Of a stretch of DNA of 64,000 nucleotides, positions 34,141 through 47,114 are shown piece by piece. The stretch is taken from assembly GCA_030167865.1 (NCBI GenBank), contig JALAGF010003770.1, forward strand, positions 1 through 64,000. The letters are read 5' to 3'. The notes below the pieces were generated by a model. It was not told the DNA's origin, did no database searches, and saw only the letters and a program-made list of their open reading frames with translations. The number at the start of each line of letters is the position of its first letter. Within the stretch, counting starts at the first letter, position 1. This DNA comes from Craspedostauros australis. Lineage: Eukaryota. Position numbers and translations under genes: made by a program.

Positions 34141-35452
34141 TCATTCCACACGCGCCCAATCCAGCTGTGGAGCAGATGCGTTCATCCGTTCCAACATGGT
34201 GGCCGCTTCCTTGTGCTTGGCAGCCTTGCTCTTCTTGTTCTTCTTCTTTTTCTTGCGTGGAGACTCCAGCTGGATGGATGACATGGAGGATCCGAGACGG
34301 CCACCATCCACCTTGCCACCATTGCGCGGCATCATGTCCGAAGAGGCCAGCAACGATCGCCGACGCGACGCGACCTTGCGCAGTTTCCGGGTCGTGTTTT
34401 CAATCTTCTCGTGAATGCCGTCCCATTTCTTGTTTCTCACGGATTCTTCGCGTTTCTTTCGCTGTCGTTGGATGTCGAGGCCGCATGCCACGACTTCGGC
34501 CATGGAGTAGCCAGCGGAGAGCAGTCTGCGGGTGTTGTTGGTGTTGTTGGTTGTGATGATGATTGGAAACGAAAGCGAGAAAACGCGGGACGATCCATAA
34601 ACATAGAGGTGAAGAGTGGAACATGAGTTGAAAGATGGCGTGAGAGTGGGCCTTGGATACATCCTACGAGTATGAAGCAAGACTGCGGCAGAGCCGAACA
34701 GCGGGATAGCGTCGTGGCCACTACCTCTGTGCCACAATCATGACCACACGCCGACAAAATCGTCCCAACAAAGCTCGATGGGCATGCAAGGCGTAAACAC
34801 ACGCTCTGCCTCGTTGCGGCACTTACAAACGGCATCTGTCGTCGGCGGACAGCTTGAGGCCAGTCTTTGCACGACGACGTTGCTCCGATGGGTGGTACGT
34901 CTCGTAGTATTCCACTTCGTAGATGGTCTTCTGCTGCGACCTCCATGATATCGTGATGGGTGTTCCGTCCGAGACGCTTGGGTTGTCGCCCAAGGTGTAC
35001 AGATGCTCGTTGACCTGCACGCAGCCGAACCAGACCTTCGGTCGGCTCCTCCTGGTCATGGAGATCTGCGGCGAGAGGCTTCGCTGCGGGCTCTCGATTG
35101 TCGACTTGGACATGACGGAGTCGAATGACAGAGTCGAAGCGAGAGAGCAAGTGGAGACGGTGGATTCTGTTCTGGAGGAGAGCACCGACGTCGTGCGAGG
35201 CTTCTGTCCCCTCTTGATGGCGCTGCTGGGGTCGCCGCCTGCTGCGCCTTTAGCGACGCCATTGCAAGCACCGACGCTGGCTCGTCGAGGCCGTCTGCGT
35301 CTGGGTTTGTTGGCGTCGCTGGGTTTGGTGTCCTCGGGAAAGCCTGTGGGGAACTCGATCGATGGGATCTGGATCTTGTCGAACGCTCCGACGTTGTCGC
35401 ACAGCGGAGCAGGCGCGACGAAGGTGCTTTGTCTTGGGGTTCTTGTCATCAT
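34141..35452 (-). CDS. Low-complexity diatom protein with KVWF...LGDNP motif (CSRNP-N-like), 2 exons
   Basis: Exons 35452-34827 and 34525-34141. The splice joins DRCRL-LLSAGYSMAEV. Conserved block KVWFGCVQVNEHLYTLGDNPSVSDGTPITISW...YEVEYYE, and a Lys-rich NLS-like tail. Confidence 0.7.
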
Positions 35453-38400
35453 GGTGCGATGTTGTTCTGTTGTGTTGGTGTGGTTTGGTGTGGTTTGGCG
35501 TGTTATGGTACGTGTGGTTAGTATTGTAGCACTTCCAATGTTGTTGTTGTTGATGATGTTGTTGATGATGATGTTGATGATGATGTTTGATACAGCAATA
35601 CCGGAGATGGTTGCCAGTAGCGATTTCTTGTGAAGAATCCGGTTTTGGAGATGCTGAATGTGATTGTGGGTGCCGTGGTCGCGTCAGTTCCGTGACGTTG
35701 GTTTCGTTTGGTTTGCAGCGTTTCTCGCAGTGATCAACGATTGGCGATCGACGAAGTTCCCTCTCTGTTGCGTCTTTCCGCGAATGGCTTTGTTCTTGTG
35801 TTGCTTCTCTGTTTGGATCGGTTGATTCTGTTCTCTGTGGGTCGCAGCGAGGTCGTTCTTGGAGATGGGAATGTAATGCCAGATACTCGTTCTCTTGCGC
35901 GTTGTCTCTATGGTGTTCGCTTCAGATATACCACCGCCTTTATCCTTGGAAGTAGCAAGTCTTGTGGTCCTTTGTGGTCGATACACTGTCACGGATGGTC
36001 GCCTTGGCTACTTGGATGTCGCGCGAATTTGTGTAACTGCAAGTATCGTTCCTTGAAGATCGAGAGGCCCGGGCTTGCTTGTCGGTCGTGGAGGTGATGC
36101 TGATTCGATGCGAGGTTGATCTGATTCAATGCGGCCTTGGCTTCACTTGACTTGACGTGGTACAGTGGAATGTGATGCGGTCGGAGTTGATGCGAGTCCG
36201 TGGTTGCAGTTGCGGTTGAATGTAGTTGGTGCGCGAAGGAGCAGATGTGCTTGATGCGATGCGATGCGATGTGATGTGATGCAAAACGCTCTGACTGGAT
36301 CAACGACGAGTGTCGGTGGCCGTGATGACAATTTGTGGGTGAGTTTTGGAATGGCAAGGGATGTTTGTGCTCTCCGCTTGCTTTGCTTGGTTGGATGATA
36401 ACTGCCACTGGCACTGATGCTGCTGTTGATGTTGCTGCTTCTGTTGTGCGCTGATGATTGATTATGACGGTGATGACGATGGCGCTGTTGTTATGCTTCC
36501 TTCTTCACTTGTTTCTCCGTGCACGAGTAAGCAATCTGTTCCTTTACAGAGAGACGGTGAAACGACAATGAACGAATAGTGTATGCACTTCGACAGACTG
36601 TGATGGTGATGTCGCTGTCGCGCTGTGAACAAGAGGGACGAACACAACAAGGGAGGAGAGGGCATCATTGTGTTGTGTGGCAGTGAGAGGGGACAGGCAA
36701 CAGGCAACAGGCAGATCAACATTTCGCGCCCACACCCATGCTCGCACAGCGCTCCACCCAACAGAGATGGAGGGTGAGTGGCGGAAGTCTAACGGATTCC
36801 TTTGGCAGAAGGAACGCTAAAATGTTGCGGCAAGACCCAAACCAACAGAAACCCTTGTGGCCAATTGAAGTGACTTGTACCTTTTTGTCAATCCATGAAG
36901 ACTTGGGCACAGAAGAGGCATCTTGGAGGCTCGAGGATTTGTCACCAGCGTGCCAGCCACACCGCTGTTCCTTCGTTTCGTGTGGGGCACAGGAGGGGAT
37001 GGAAGCTTCACCATGGGATCCAGCCCAACGATCGGAATGTGCCAGTGTCAAAGGTCATGCACAACATGTCCGTCTTGGCGCGACATCTCAGTACTTATAC
37101 AAACAATTAAACGAAATGGATCGCGACCCAGAAAAACAATTATATCTCGATGCCAGAACAAAGGCAGAGGGCTTTGCTGTTTCGCGTTTTCTGAGCAAGA
37201 CTGCGTTCTGATCGTGGAGACTGGTTCACATACGGTGCGAACATGCCCATGCACCAACGACAAGAACAACCAAGAGGCAGGGCCGATGGTGTTTCCTATC
37301 GAATGCCGTTCATTCCGTGAATGTGCAAGATCATGCGACAATGATTCACGAGAGCGAAGTAACGAACATGAACCTGACCGTGTGATGCCAACACTGTCGA
37401 CTCCATCTTTCTCCCACCGCTTCACTCCGATGCCGTGTGATTGGATCTCTCTCTGTCTTCTCCGATCCCGAACGTCATCGATCCGTTCAAGCCATCATCA
37501 CGAAACACGGTTCGTCTCTCTCTCTCTCTCTTTGGAGCAAAATCAAGTAGATTGATCTGTTCTGCTTGCACTGACTATTATCGACAGCTGAGTGCGGGTA
37601 TAGCAGTACATAGAGTGTAGTAAGTCGTCGAGTTGCTATCCGGAAGGAGCGGGGCTGATTGGGGTACTGGTACAAGTAAGTGCCTCAACGAGCGTCTAAA
37701 CCGCAACAGCATCAGGACCACCCACACGAGGAGGAGTCCACCTCTCTCTCCCTCGATCTCCGTTCCTGCCCTTTGCATCACCACTTGTCCGTTTGCCATG
37801 GACAATGACTGCGCAGGGAGTTCCACCACAAAGTGCGCGAGTGAAGGCCAGCGACGCCGCCGGCATGAGATGAACTGCGGAGCAACACCGATCCGTGCAT
37901 CTTCTGATCCTGCATTCCCAGACGATCATCGGTCACAACTTTCGCTCGGGTCAGCAATGAGAAACAGAAGCGCCACTCAAATCCCTCCATTCGGGACATG
38001 GGCGCCCAGTGTGCACCGAATCAACCCCTCCACCCTTGCTGCACAATTAGTCTCGTCTTCGCCCCATAGCGGTTCCTGAAGTGCCGTTTTCTCCATCGCT
38101 GCGACGGCAAGAGAGGACGGATGGAGGAGAAGCCTTCCTCCTCTTCCTCCTTGTCAACTCTTTCGCTGCGCACTTGCACGTTCGTGGCGGAACAAAGGTA
38201 GGACAACTCCATCATCAGAAACGGGGACACAACTGTCGCTGCTGTCAATGTATGGCGCCGCTGTTGGTGGGGCTGACATTGGCGACGCGACCTAAAATCG
38301 CGGGCCTTTCCAACCAAGCAGCAAGAATGACGTCCATGATTCGCAAGGAACCCGCTTGACCTTGGATGCGTGGGATGAAGTGCTCAAAAGACGGGCGGGA

Positions 38401-38792
38401 GAAGTGTCTTGAAGGGGTAGAAGGCCGCGCTCTTGTTGGTTGCTGGCACTCGCGTCGTGCGGCTGCGATTTTGTGAGGTCATTTCGCATCCACGACTTGG
38501 AGAGATCTGAGAATGTCACCGACCACTTCGAGCACAATCAGGCCTTCTGGTGCTTCTCTTTGGTGACAGATCTTGTGTGCTGCGTTGCGCAAAGACATCA
38601 GTTGGGAGAGGCGACAACACCTTCCACCCAACAACATCAACCCATTCGAACGAGGATCCCAAGGCCATTCTTGACCCAAAGTCTTCCTCGAATTCAATCT
38701 CCAATTCAACCTTCGCACCCATCCGCTCCCTCTCTTGATTCCTCGACCGCTCCCTTCCGGCCTCTCCCTTTCTCCAAACACGCCATCACGCC

Positions 38793-39701
38793 ATGTCCGC
38801 CAACACTATCGCCCGACGCCTGGATGCAACGGCAAAGCGCTTCCCGTCCAGGATGGCTCTGCTGTCTCCATTCCAAGTGCAGTCCTCCAGCACGGCTCTG
38901 TCGCACCTGACGTACGACGATCTGAGCACAAAGTCTCAGTCTCTGGCAGGATTCCTCTCCATGTACGGGTTCAACAAGGGCGACATCCTCATGAGCGACC
39001 TCCCGAACACATCCGAGAACCTCATCACGCAGCTCGCGTGCAACCGATTGGGCGTGGGATACGGCACCGTGAAGAACCTCGAGGGGATGTCCAAATTCAT
39101 GAAGGTCCATGGCGCCATCAGTTCCACGGGAGCGGGCTTCCTGGCCGAAACTGCGCTGCCATTGCCGGTGTTGAGCGGCGAGTTCCTGTCGGACCTGATC
39201 TCGGACGGGCTGGATGAATTTGCGCAGGAGTCGATCGATGTCGTCAGAGAAGACGGTGCGCATGGGTACTACAACAGCACGTCACCGTACACCAACGCCG
39301 ATGCCATCCAGCACGGCGAGGAATCCTCGTGGGAACTTGCCATGACGGAGGAGGACTCTGTCTGCGTCTCGGTGACGCTGTGCCATGCATTTGGGATTGG
39401 CTCCGGCGTGACCGGCGCAATTCTATCAGGCTCGACCATTGTGCTACCTGCCGTGGGAGGTATCCAGGGCTGCGGTGTGCCTTCCAAGCGAGCTGAGGCC
39501 ACGCTGGAGGTTCTGGAAAGCGAGAAATGCACCCTCCTGTTCGCTGACACCCACACTTTGAAGGCGTTGCCAGACCCGGAAGACATTGGCAAGCTTCACT
39601 TGCGTGGAGGTATTTGCAAGATTGGAAGTGGGTCGACAATACTGGAAGAGACGAGGAAGTACGGTGGCGTTTCTCTCAAGACGATGGGAAAGGTGGAGTG
39701 A
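38793..39701 (+). CDS. Degenerate AMP-binding (ANL superfamily)-like protein, 302 aa
   Basis: ANL-like segments LTYDDL...LAGFL...GFNKGD...LPN, and EDSVCVSVTLCHAFGIG...ILSGSTIVLP...EKCTLLF. No recognisable TSGT/STG P-loop and no C-terminal subdomain. Confidence 0.65.
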   Translation: MSANTIARRLDATAKRFPSRMALLSPFQVQSSSTALSHLTYDDLSTKSQSLAGFLSMYGFNKGDILMSDLPNTSENLITQLACNRLGVGYGTVKNLEGMSKFMKVHGAISSTGAGFLAETALPLPVLSGEFLSDLISDGLDEFAQESIDVVREDGAHGYYNSTSPYTNADAIQHGEESSWELAMTEEDSVCVSVTLCHAFGIGSGVTGAILSGSTIVLPAVGGIQGCGVPSKRAEATLEVLESEKCTLLFADTHTLKALPDPEDIGKLHLRGGICKIGSGSTILEETRKYGGVSLKTMGKVE

Positions 39702-40240
39702 TTGCTCCAGAGACAGGCGAAGATCGGTTGAATTACACCAATAGTACCAACGGAATCGAACGGTCACATGGAGTAGAGTAGAGTGGAGTAGAGTGGATCA
39801 CAGTTGAGGAAGACTCTACTCTATCCTGATCCAGGTGGGTGCTTCGACTTGCTATGGCTGTAGAGGACAACTTCCAACTATTACATTTTCTCATGAACTA
39901 CAAGGACTCGCATGCACCAAACCATCACGACGATTGTTCGCGGGAACTACCCATGAATGAATCTGAATCGTGACTGAAGCTGATGTGGAGATTTAATCGG
40001 AGCTATCAATTCGAATACTTCGACCGAAACGTCTATCGTTACCTTCGTACTAATTTCAACCAACGGCCATTTTGCGTGTTGTTTTGCCACAGAGATGATG
40101 AGTTGGACCTCCGTTGCTTTTGCCTCTCGTGACAGCCAAGCAACCGCCACCAACCTTCCTGGACGGCGTCGCAACTCACAATCGTCAAATACAAGCAACA
40201 AGCCGCAGTGTAGGGAAAAAGAAGGAAAAAGATCAGCAAG

Positions 40241-41189
40241 ATGGTGTCCAAGAAAGCTGTACGTGCAATGACGCTGGAGGGGGCATCAGCATCGCTGCCC
40301 GCCCGAGAAGGTTGTCATTGACCGTCATCCGCCGTTACGACGGAGCCCATCGTCTCATCCGACTTCCGCAACAGCCGAGTCAAAAACCATTCCAGCAGCA
40401 ATTCGCTCGAGCAGAGCAGGAGATCCATGGATCGTCGAAGTGCAACAGCGCTCCCGCGTTCATTGATGTTACGCCATCCGCGGAAGGAGGACTGCGGCTG
40501 ATGAACTTGAGGCCTCTTTCTCCCTCTCTCAATTCTCAGTCGCAGCTCTCGCAGACTCGAAGCACAAACTCATGGCGTGAGCCTGGAATGTCGACTCGGT
40601 TGGAGCATGGAGTGCTGAATACACTTCGCGCGCGTGACGTTGCGGATGGATGGAATGAGACAATGAGATGGAGCACACTATTCTTTGGTGCTCGATTTGA
40701 AAGTGCGCGCGTTACTTGTATTGCGTCCAATTCTTGCCAATTAAATTGGAGCCGTTGCATCGAAATGCAGGCACACGAAGCCCAATTGAGCACATGTCCT
40801 CACACGAATCCAATCTTGCCTTCACCCATAACAACGTCTTCCCACCGATTGCCTCACCGTTCCACTCATGACGAGCGCAGAAGAAGCAGCAAGACTCGAT
40901 GAACAGTCGCCTCAAGCTCGTCATGAAGTCGGGAAAGGCCATCTTGGGGTACAAGCACACCCTCAAGGCCCTTCGCAGAGGCAAGGCAAAGATGATCCTC
41001 ATCTCCTCCAACTGCCCACACCTGCGCAAGTCCGAGGTCGAGTACATGGCCATGCTTGCCAAGACTTCTGTCCACCACTACACTGGTGACAACACCGCCC
41101 TGGGAACCGCTTGCGGAAAGTTCTTCAACTGTTCTGTTCTATCCATCATCGATGCCGGTGACAGTGACATCCTCACGGCCACCAAGTAA
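40241..41189 (+). CDS. RPL30: 60S ribosomal protein L30 (eL30), 2 exons
   Basis: Exon 1 is 40241-40258 (MVSKKA|gtacgt) and exon 2 is 40881-41189 ([19 protein letters not shown]...[11 protein letters not shown]...LGTACGK...DAGDSDIL). Confidence 0.93.
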
Positions 41190-41648
41190 GGAACTGAACC
41201 GTAAAGTAAACAAACAGGTGTGGCAACCACACGACCGGATAGTCATTATAGAATTCTGTACAGTACTGATAGTCTACCTCCACATGTCGTCACAAGCCGT
41301 GCCATCAGATTGCGTTGGTTGGGCAGAGAGGTGGCACAGATTAAGATTGGATGAGAGTTTCATTCTCGATGTGCAAACTGCATTGGATCGAGCAGTCGCA
41401 CAATCGCACATGGCTTTGCGCCACCAGTTCTGGGAATCATGCTTCACCAGCACCCCAAATACGCTCGTTGTGAACACTTCATCACAAGGCCACAGCCAAA
41501 GCACAGTCGAAGCAGAGAAGGGCATGATGGCAGTTGTTGCGCTATCGTATTGCGATGCTCGTTACTTGGTTATGTTTCTTCATTTTCTGCACTTGTTGGT
41601 CTGCTAGTTTCTTCCTTCCATCATTCCTCCCTTCGATCTTGCATTCGG

Positions 41649-44600
41649 TTATCGCCCGCCCTTCTTCTTGCGGCCCTTCTTGCTGCTGCTTGACATCTCC
41701 CACTGCTCTGGCGCAGTTCCAAGCCCACGCTTGTTGATGAACTCCGTCGCGAAGTTGTTGACTTGGGAGGTCGAGCCAAGGTACTCGACGAGGTACTGAC
41801 GGATCTCGGTGGCGTCAGTCAGCGTCATGCAGAATGCGATGAGGGTCAGATCGTCGCTGCCGCTGATTCTGAGCATCTGCTCCTTGCACCATCTCTCCAA
41901 GGCTGGTGGCATGGTGGTGCCGAACTCTTCCGCCGGCGTGGCAGACGCCGTACTGGTTTGCCGTTGGGTGCCGGCGGATGGTCGGCTTGCTCCGCCGCCA
42001 GTGGAGGCCTTCGAGTTGCTACCCCGTGGCTGCTGCTGCTGATTCTGAGCGCGCGGGGCCGCCGTCATGGCCGCAGGTGGTTGCATCATGGAAGTGCCTG
42101 GTCTCAATGTCCCAGACGTCCATCCCGTCTTGCCTGTGGCGGCAACATTCGCCCAGCCGCTGTTGTTTGGCTGGTTGACGCCCATTCTCTCGCGTTGCAT
42201 GGCCAGTGTCGCGGATGCGCGTGCCTCCTCCTGCTGGATTTCGGACATGGTCTTTCGTGGTTTGCTGGTCGCCGCTCCTCCCCAGGCAGGAGCTGGCTTG
42301 ACTGGGACAGGGGCGGGTGCAGTTGCGGTCGTCGGTGTGAGAGTTTGCATGTTTGTTGTGGAAAGCTGCTGCTTCTGCTGAGGCTTTTTGTTGGTCTTCT
42401 TCTTTTCGTTCTTCTTCGTAGCTGACTCTTTGGGTTTGGTGGGTTGAGCTGGTGGCGACTGCTGTTGCTGCTGTTGGACAGCACCTGCAGTTGCGTCCCC
42501 AGCTGGAGCTGCGCCTCTCGACAATCCAAGCATCATCTTCAGCTTGTTTGAAGACTCATTGTTGGCGCTCGCTGCGGCCTTCGCCTGCTCCGCCTTTGCG
42601 GCAGCCGCAGCTTCTGCTTCGGCCGCTGCCTTGGCCTCTGCCGCCGCTCTCGCTGCTTGTTCTTCCTGTTGCTTCCGCTCTTTTTCTGCAAGTTCGCGTT
42701 GCTTCCGTTCTGCCGCTTCGCGAGCTTCGGCTTCTGCCTTTGCGGCGGCAGCAGCAGCCTCAGCCGCCGCCGCTTCTGCTGCAAGCCGTTCTCGTTCCTC
42801 TTGTTGCCTCTGTTGCTGTTGTTGTTCCTGCTGTCTTTGCCGTTCAGCTTCTTCAGCTTCCGCCTTTGCCTTTGCGGCTGCTGCTTCCTTCGCGGCAGTG
42901 TCATCGACCACCTGGAAGGCTGCGGCCAAATTTGGGAAGATCACATCAAGTTGGAGGAATGGGCCTGTCTTTTCCTGGCTGATTGGTAGGTCGCCCTTGA
43001 AGTATCCTGCCACCAGCCACTGTCTCATCTCTTCATTACGGAATGGTCCCTGCGATACGTGATAACACGAGTTGGTCACGCCAATTGAACATTTGAACAG
43101 ATGGTGAGATGACTTGTTGGGATGCTTGATCGTTTGTTTGCTTGCTTGCTGTGCACGTGGATGGATAGATGAACGGACAACATAAATGATGCAAGTGTAG
43201 CGGCATCAAAAAGATACCATCGAGATGGCTCGTCGACAATGGTAGCTTGGCGCGCACGCTCTCCACGATATGGCAGCTTGGATCACAAAAGAACCACAGT
43301 CATCATCGACAATGGCAGCTACAACACCAAGAAGCGCGGAATAGGGCCCATGAATGACAATGGACAATGTAGCAATGAAGTAGAGTCATCGACATGACCT
43401 CCACTACTCTCTGCCTCTTGTCAGTGAAGGAAACGTACCTGGATGTTTTGCTGCGGATCAGAGTAGTACCACGGCATGTTCGGTTTGAATTGTGGAACTC
43501 CGTTGGTGGGCCTCGGTTTGGGCTGTGCTGCAGCGGCTGCGGCCTCTTCCTCCATGCGCCGGCGCTGGAGCTCCTCCTGCTTCGCGCGTGTCTGCTGCCA
43601 CTGTGCATTGGTCATCAGCAGGATGGCCATCTCGCCAGAAAAGCTAGGATCGTGCCGCAGAGCCACTCTCTGCGTATTTCGCAGCAACAGAGCCCGCAGC
43701 GCGTCAACGTTGCTGAGCAGGGGGATGACACGCGTGTCTTCGGAATGAAGACGGGAAAGAATGGAACCAAGGTCGGAACGCCCCCATGCACCTTCGAGAA
43801 TGGTGCCGATGCGCTCCATCAGAACAAGCTCCACTTGCGTGCGCTGAGAATTCTGCTGCTGCTGCTGTTGCTGTGCGGCCTGAGCTCGCTGTTGCGCAGC
43901 CTGTCTCTCAGCCAAAGCCCGGCGCTGATTCTCCTCCTCTACCTGACGCCGACGGAGTAGCTCGGCCTGTTGCGCGTCACGGACCTGCGGCGGCTGTTGC
44001 TGCTGCTGCTGCTGAGATGCTTGCGGGTTGTTCGAAAAGCCCTGCAGACGAGCTGCCAAATCCATTCCTGTGGATGGTGCCTGATTTTGAGCCATGGCTG
44101 GGACGGGCGCACTGGCAATAATTGGGTCACCCCATGGGTTGAGAGGGATGACAGACGATCCGCCGCCAACACCACCGGCAGCACCATTGTTCGAGGCCGG
44201 ATCCTCCGCGGGACTTCCCCAAGGGTTGACCTTCGGCGCGGCAGCTGCTGAAGCTGTCGCCGCGGTGTCCTCCGTCTTTGTGACACCGATCATCTGCATC
44301 AACCGCGAGCTCGCCGATGAGTTCTCGCCATTTCGCACAGCCTCCGTTGGCGCCGCCTGGGTCTTGGCTGCTCCGGCGTTCTCTCCCACCGATTCAAAGT
44401 CCTCAAACACACTCACGTTGTCACCGGATCCGGATGCGATGGTGGTGCCCGCGCTTGTGAGCGGTCTGGTGGAATCCACCTTGCGCTTTGGGGCGCTTGG
44501 ATCGTCGTCGTCGTCGGCTCCCTCTGCTTGGGAGTTGCGGTTCTTTCCATGCAATTCTTCCTCGAGTTTCAGGGAGGCCTCCGCGATCTTGTCAAAGTCG

Positions 44601-45824
44601 AAAGGATCGCCCGTGTCTGGCGGAATAGCTCCGAATGCACTGAAATCAGCCGCTGCGCCTGTTGCCCCGCCGACGGGATCATCCCACAAGTCCTCTGGAT
44701 TGTCGGCCTCCTTGCGTCTGGATCCTCCGGCACCGGTAGCGCCGGCTGCGTCGGGAGGTGGGAGTGCGACGCCACGTTGCCATCTGCCGTTCGGTGGGGC
44801 GTGGTTGGGCCTGCGGCGGACGTCTTCCCGCACGCTCAAGCGCTGCTCCGCGCCCTTCTCAACGATCGATGGACGATGCTCCCGCGCAACCGCCGCCCAA
44901 ATTTCCTCAGCATCGAAGGTATCCCAGCACACTGATGATGATTTTGGTTATTTTGTTTTTGCGACGTATGCGGTTGGGGCGGAAGGTATTTGAGGACGCC
45001 ATGGAGTGATAGATGATGGATGAATTGATGGATGGATTCAATAAGGTTGAGTCAGGTGCGGAAAGGGTCAGACGGAGGAGTTGAACATCGCAGATCCATG
45101 CATGCAGCAAAGCCAATGCACAAACAAAAGCCAGTGAACGAGCAAGCCAAGGTTGGCGCAAAACGACTGAAGATGGAAAGCACTCACCTGGATCTTGTGG
45201 TTGGGAAGAGATGATGACCTGCCCTTCGAACTCGTGCAGATCCACCGGCAGCGCAGCGTCTGCCTGCGGTGCGGGTCGCATGGAGAGCAATCGCTCGCGA
45301 GTGTACCGCGTGACCTTGACGTCAGGTTTGTAGGCCTCCAGGGAACCGCCCACAATGTCGCTGGATCTGTGGCCACCGGCGTATCGTGGACGGTCGGCAC
45401 GCGGATCGCCGGTGCTGACGCCTCTCGTGTAGGAGGAGTGTCTGCGGTTGCCGGCGACGGGCTCTGGGACGCGCGCGGCGAGATCGGAGAGCGAGAGGCC
45501 GCCGCTGGCGCCGCCGGGTCCTCCTCCCTTGGAGCCCGTGGACGAGCTGCGGAAGCTGGCTCGGAAGGCCTCGCTGCGGGGATTGGTTGTGGGAGGCTTG
45601 TCTCCCTGCAAGGCTGAGATGGGGATGTCCTCGTCCAACGCAGCGAACTTGTTGGCGCTGCCGGTGCTGCGTTCGCCTTGGCTGCCCCATGACGAGGACC
45701 TTGCCTTGTCGCGCGGCGCTCCTCCCGATGCTGAGCTGCTCACCGCAGGAGGGGGCTGGAAGCCTCTGCCTCCGGCGCCCTTGTTGGACCACCCTGGTTG
45801 CAAGGGTGGGGCGTTGTCTGACAT
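41649..45824 (-). CDS. GYF-domain protein (GIGYF/Smy2/EXA1-like), 3 exons
   Basis: Exons 45824-45188, 44931-43439 and 43049-41649. The GYF domain is split by intron 2 (WYYSDPQQNIQ|GPFRNEEMRQWLVAGYF). Also N-terminal YTRERLL, KTMSEIQQEE, and a C-terminal helical domain (WCKEQM...EIRQYLVEYLG...FATEFINKR). Confidence 0.85.
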
Positions 45825-47114
45825 CTCGGTTGTGTTTGCTGTTGTTAATTGCTGTGTTGTTAATTGCTGATTGATGGCTGTTGCTGTGATTGTGGCTGTG
45901 ACTGTTGCTTTGCTACGAGTACAGGTATTGCAGATATTGCTGATCCCGCTGGAGGTCCAGTTGGAGGTTCTGGATCCACCACCACAACAGGCTCCCTTGA
46001 TACCTGGCGACGATGGCACCAAGATCCACGATCTGTCTCGCGATCTGTCTCACGATCTGATTCGGTCTCCCTCGTTGGAGGATTGGATCGACAGCTTGAG
46101 TCCCCGCGCTCTCTGCTCCCCTGTGCTCTGCTTTGCCTTTGTCTTTGTGTTTGCTATCTATTTGCACTGGAGGCACGGCTCGGACTGCCCAACGATCGAT
46201 ACTGCTACTACTACTGCTGTTACTACTGTTGCTGCTGTTGCTACTGCTGCGGTTGTCAGTGGACTGTGTGAAGATCGCCAAACGCCGACAGGGTTCTGGT
46301 CGTTGCGGACACCAACACGGCTGCGGTTGATGCTTCCTCTGGTGTTGTGCCCGACAGCGAAGGTACAGCAGAAGCACAAGAGAGCGGAGTGGTCACACGC
46401 AGCAAGAGGAAGGACCGAGGTGAGAGAGAGAGACAGAGGCAAGAGACAGAGAGAAGGATCCTGTCTCCCAACAGCGGGAGACACACAGACAGACAAACAC
46501 AATCCGGGAAAGCCACAGAACTCTGCGGAAGACGTACGGACCCTATCGGCGCCCACAAACATCAGCCAGAGATCCTGCCCCCTATTTAATGGGGGAATTC
46601 ACAATCCATTGAGGGGAGACGAGGTTCAACGAACCCGAAATTCGGTCTGCGACACAGTCTTGACACGGAACAGCTGCGACGTGCAACGACTGCATACCTG
46701 CACCAACGAGTGTAGAGTGCAGAGCACGAGAGGCCATGACATGTGACGACATCGATGATGGCATGGAATACTCGTAGCTCGTACAGCAGAGACAAGGTCA
46801 TCCTCTTACTCTACACTGTTCAGCAACACGCCACGGCTACGCTCGTTGCGTATGAATGGGAACACATTGTAGTTCGTTCCTTCGTTCGTCCGAGAGCCTT
46901 GCTCCTCTACTCGTTTGTGTGTGGGTGGTTGGTTGGATCATGCTGTGTTAACTCTGACTCTACTCTGGTACTATGGCACGTCGCATGGTAGGTGGCCTTT
47001 CTCAATTACACATCATGCCTGATCCAGGATGGCAAAGCGAAAGGCGGAAAGAGAAAAAGGACCGCGCAGAGGTGGGTGGCATGCGAAACGCTTTGCAGCT
47101 CGCCCCCTCGCAAT

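Noticed and set aside
45871-46746. 291-aa plus-strand ORF upstream of the GYF gene
   Set aside because: It is built from simple repeats in the probable 5' UTR/promoter of the GYF gene and has no domain signal.
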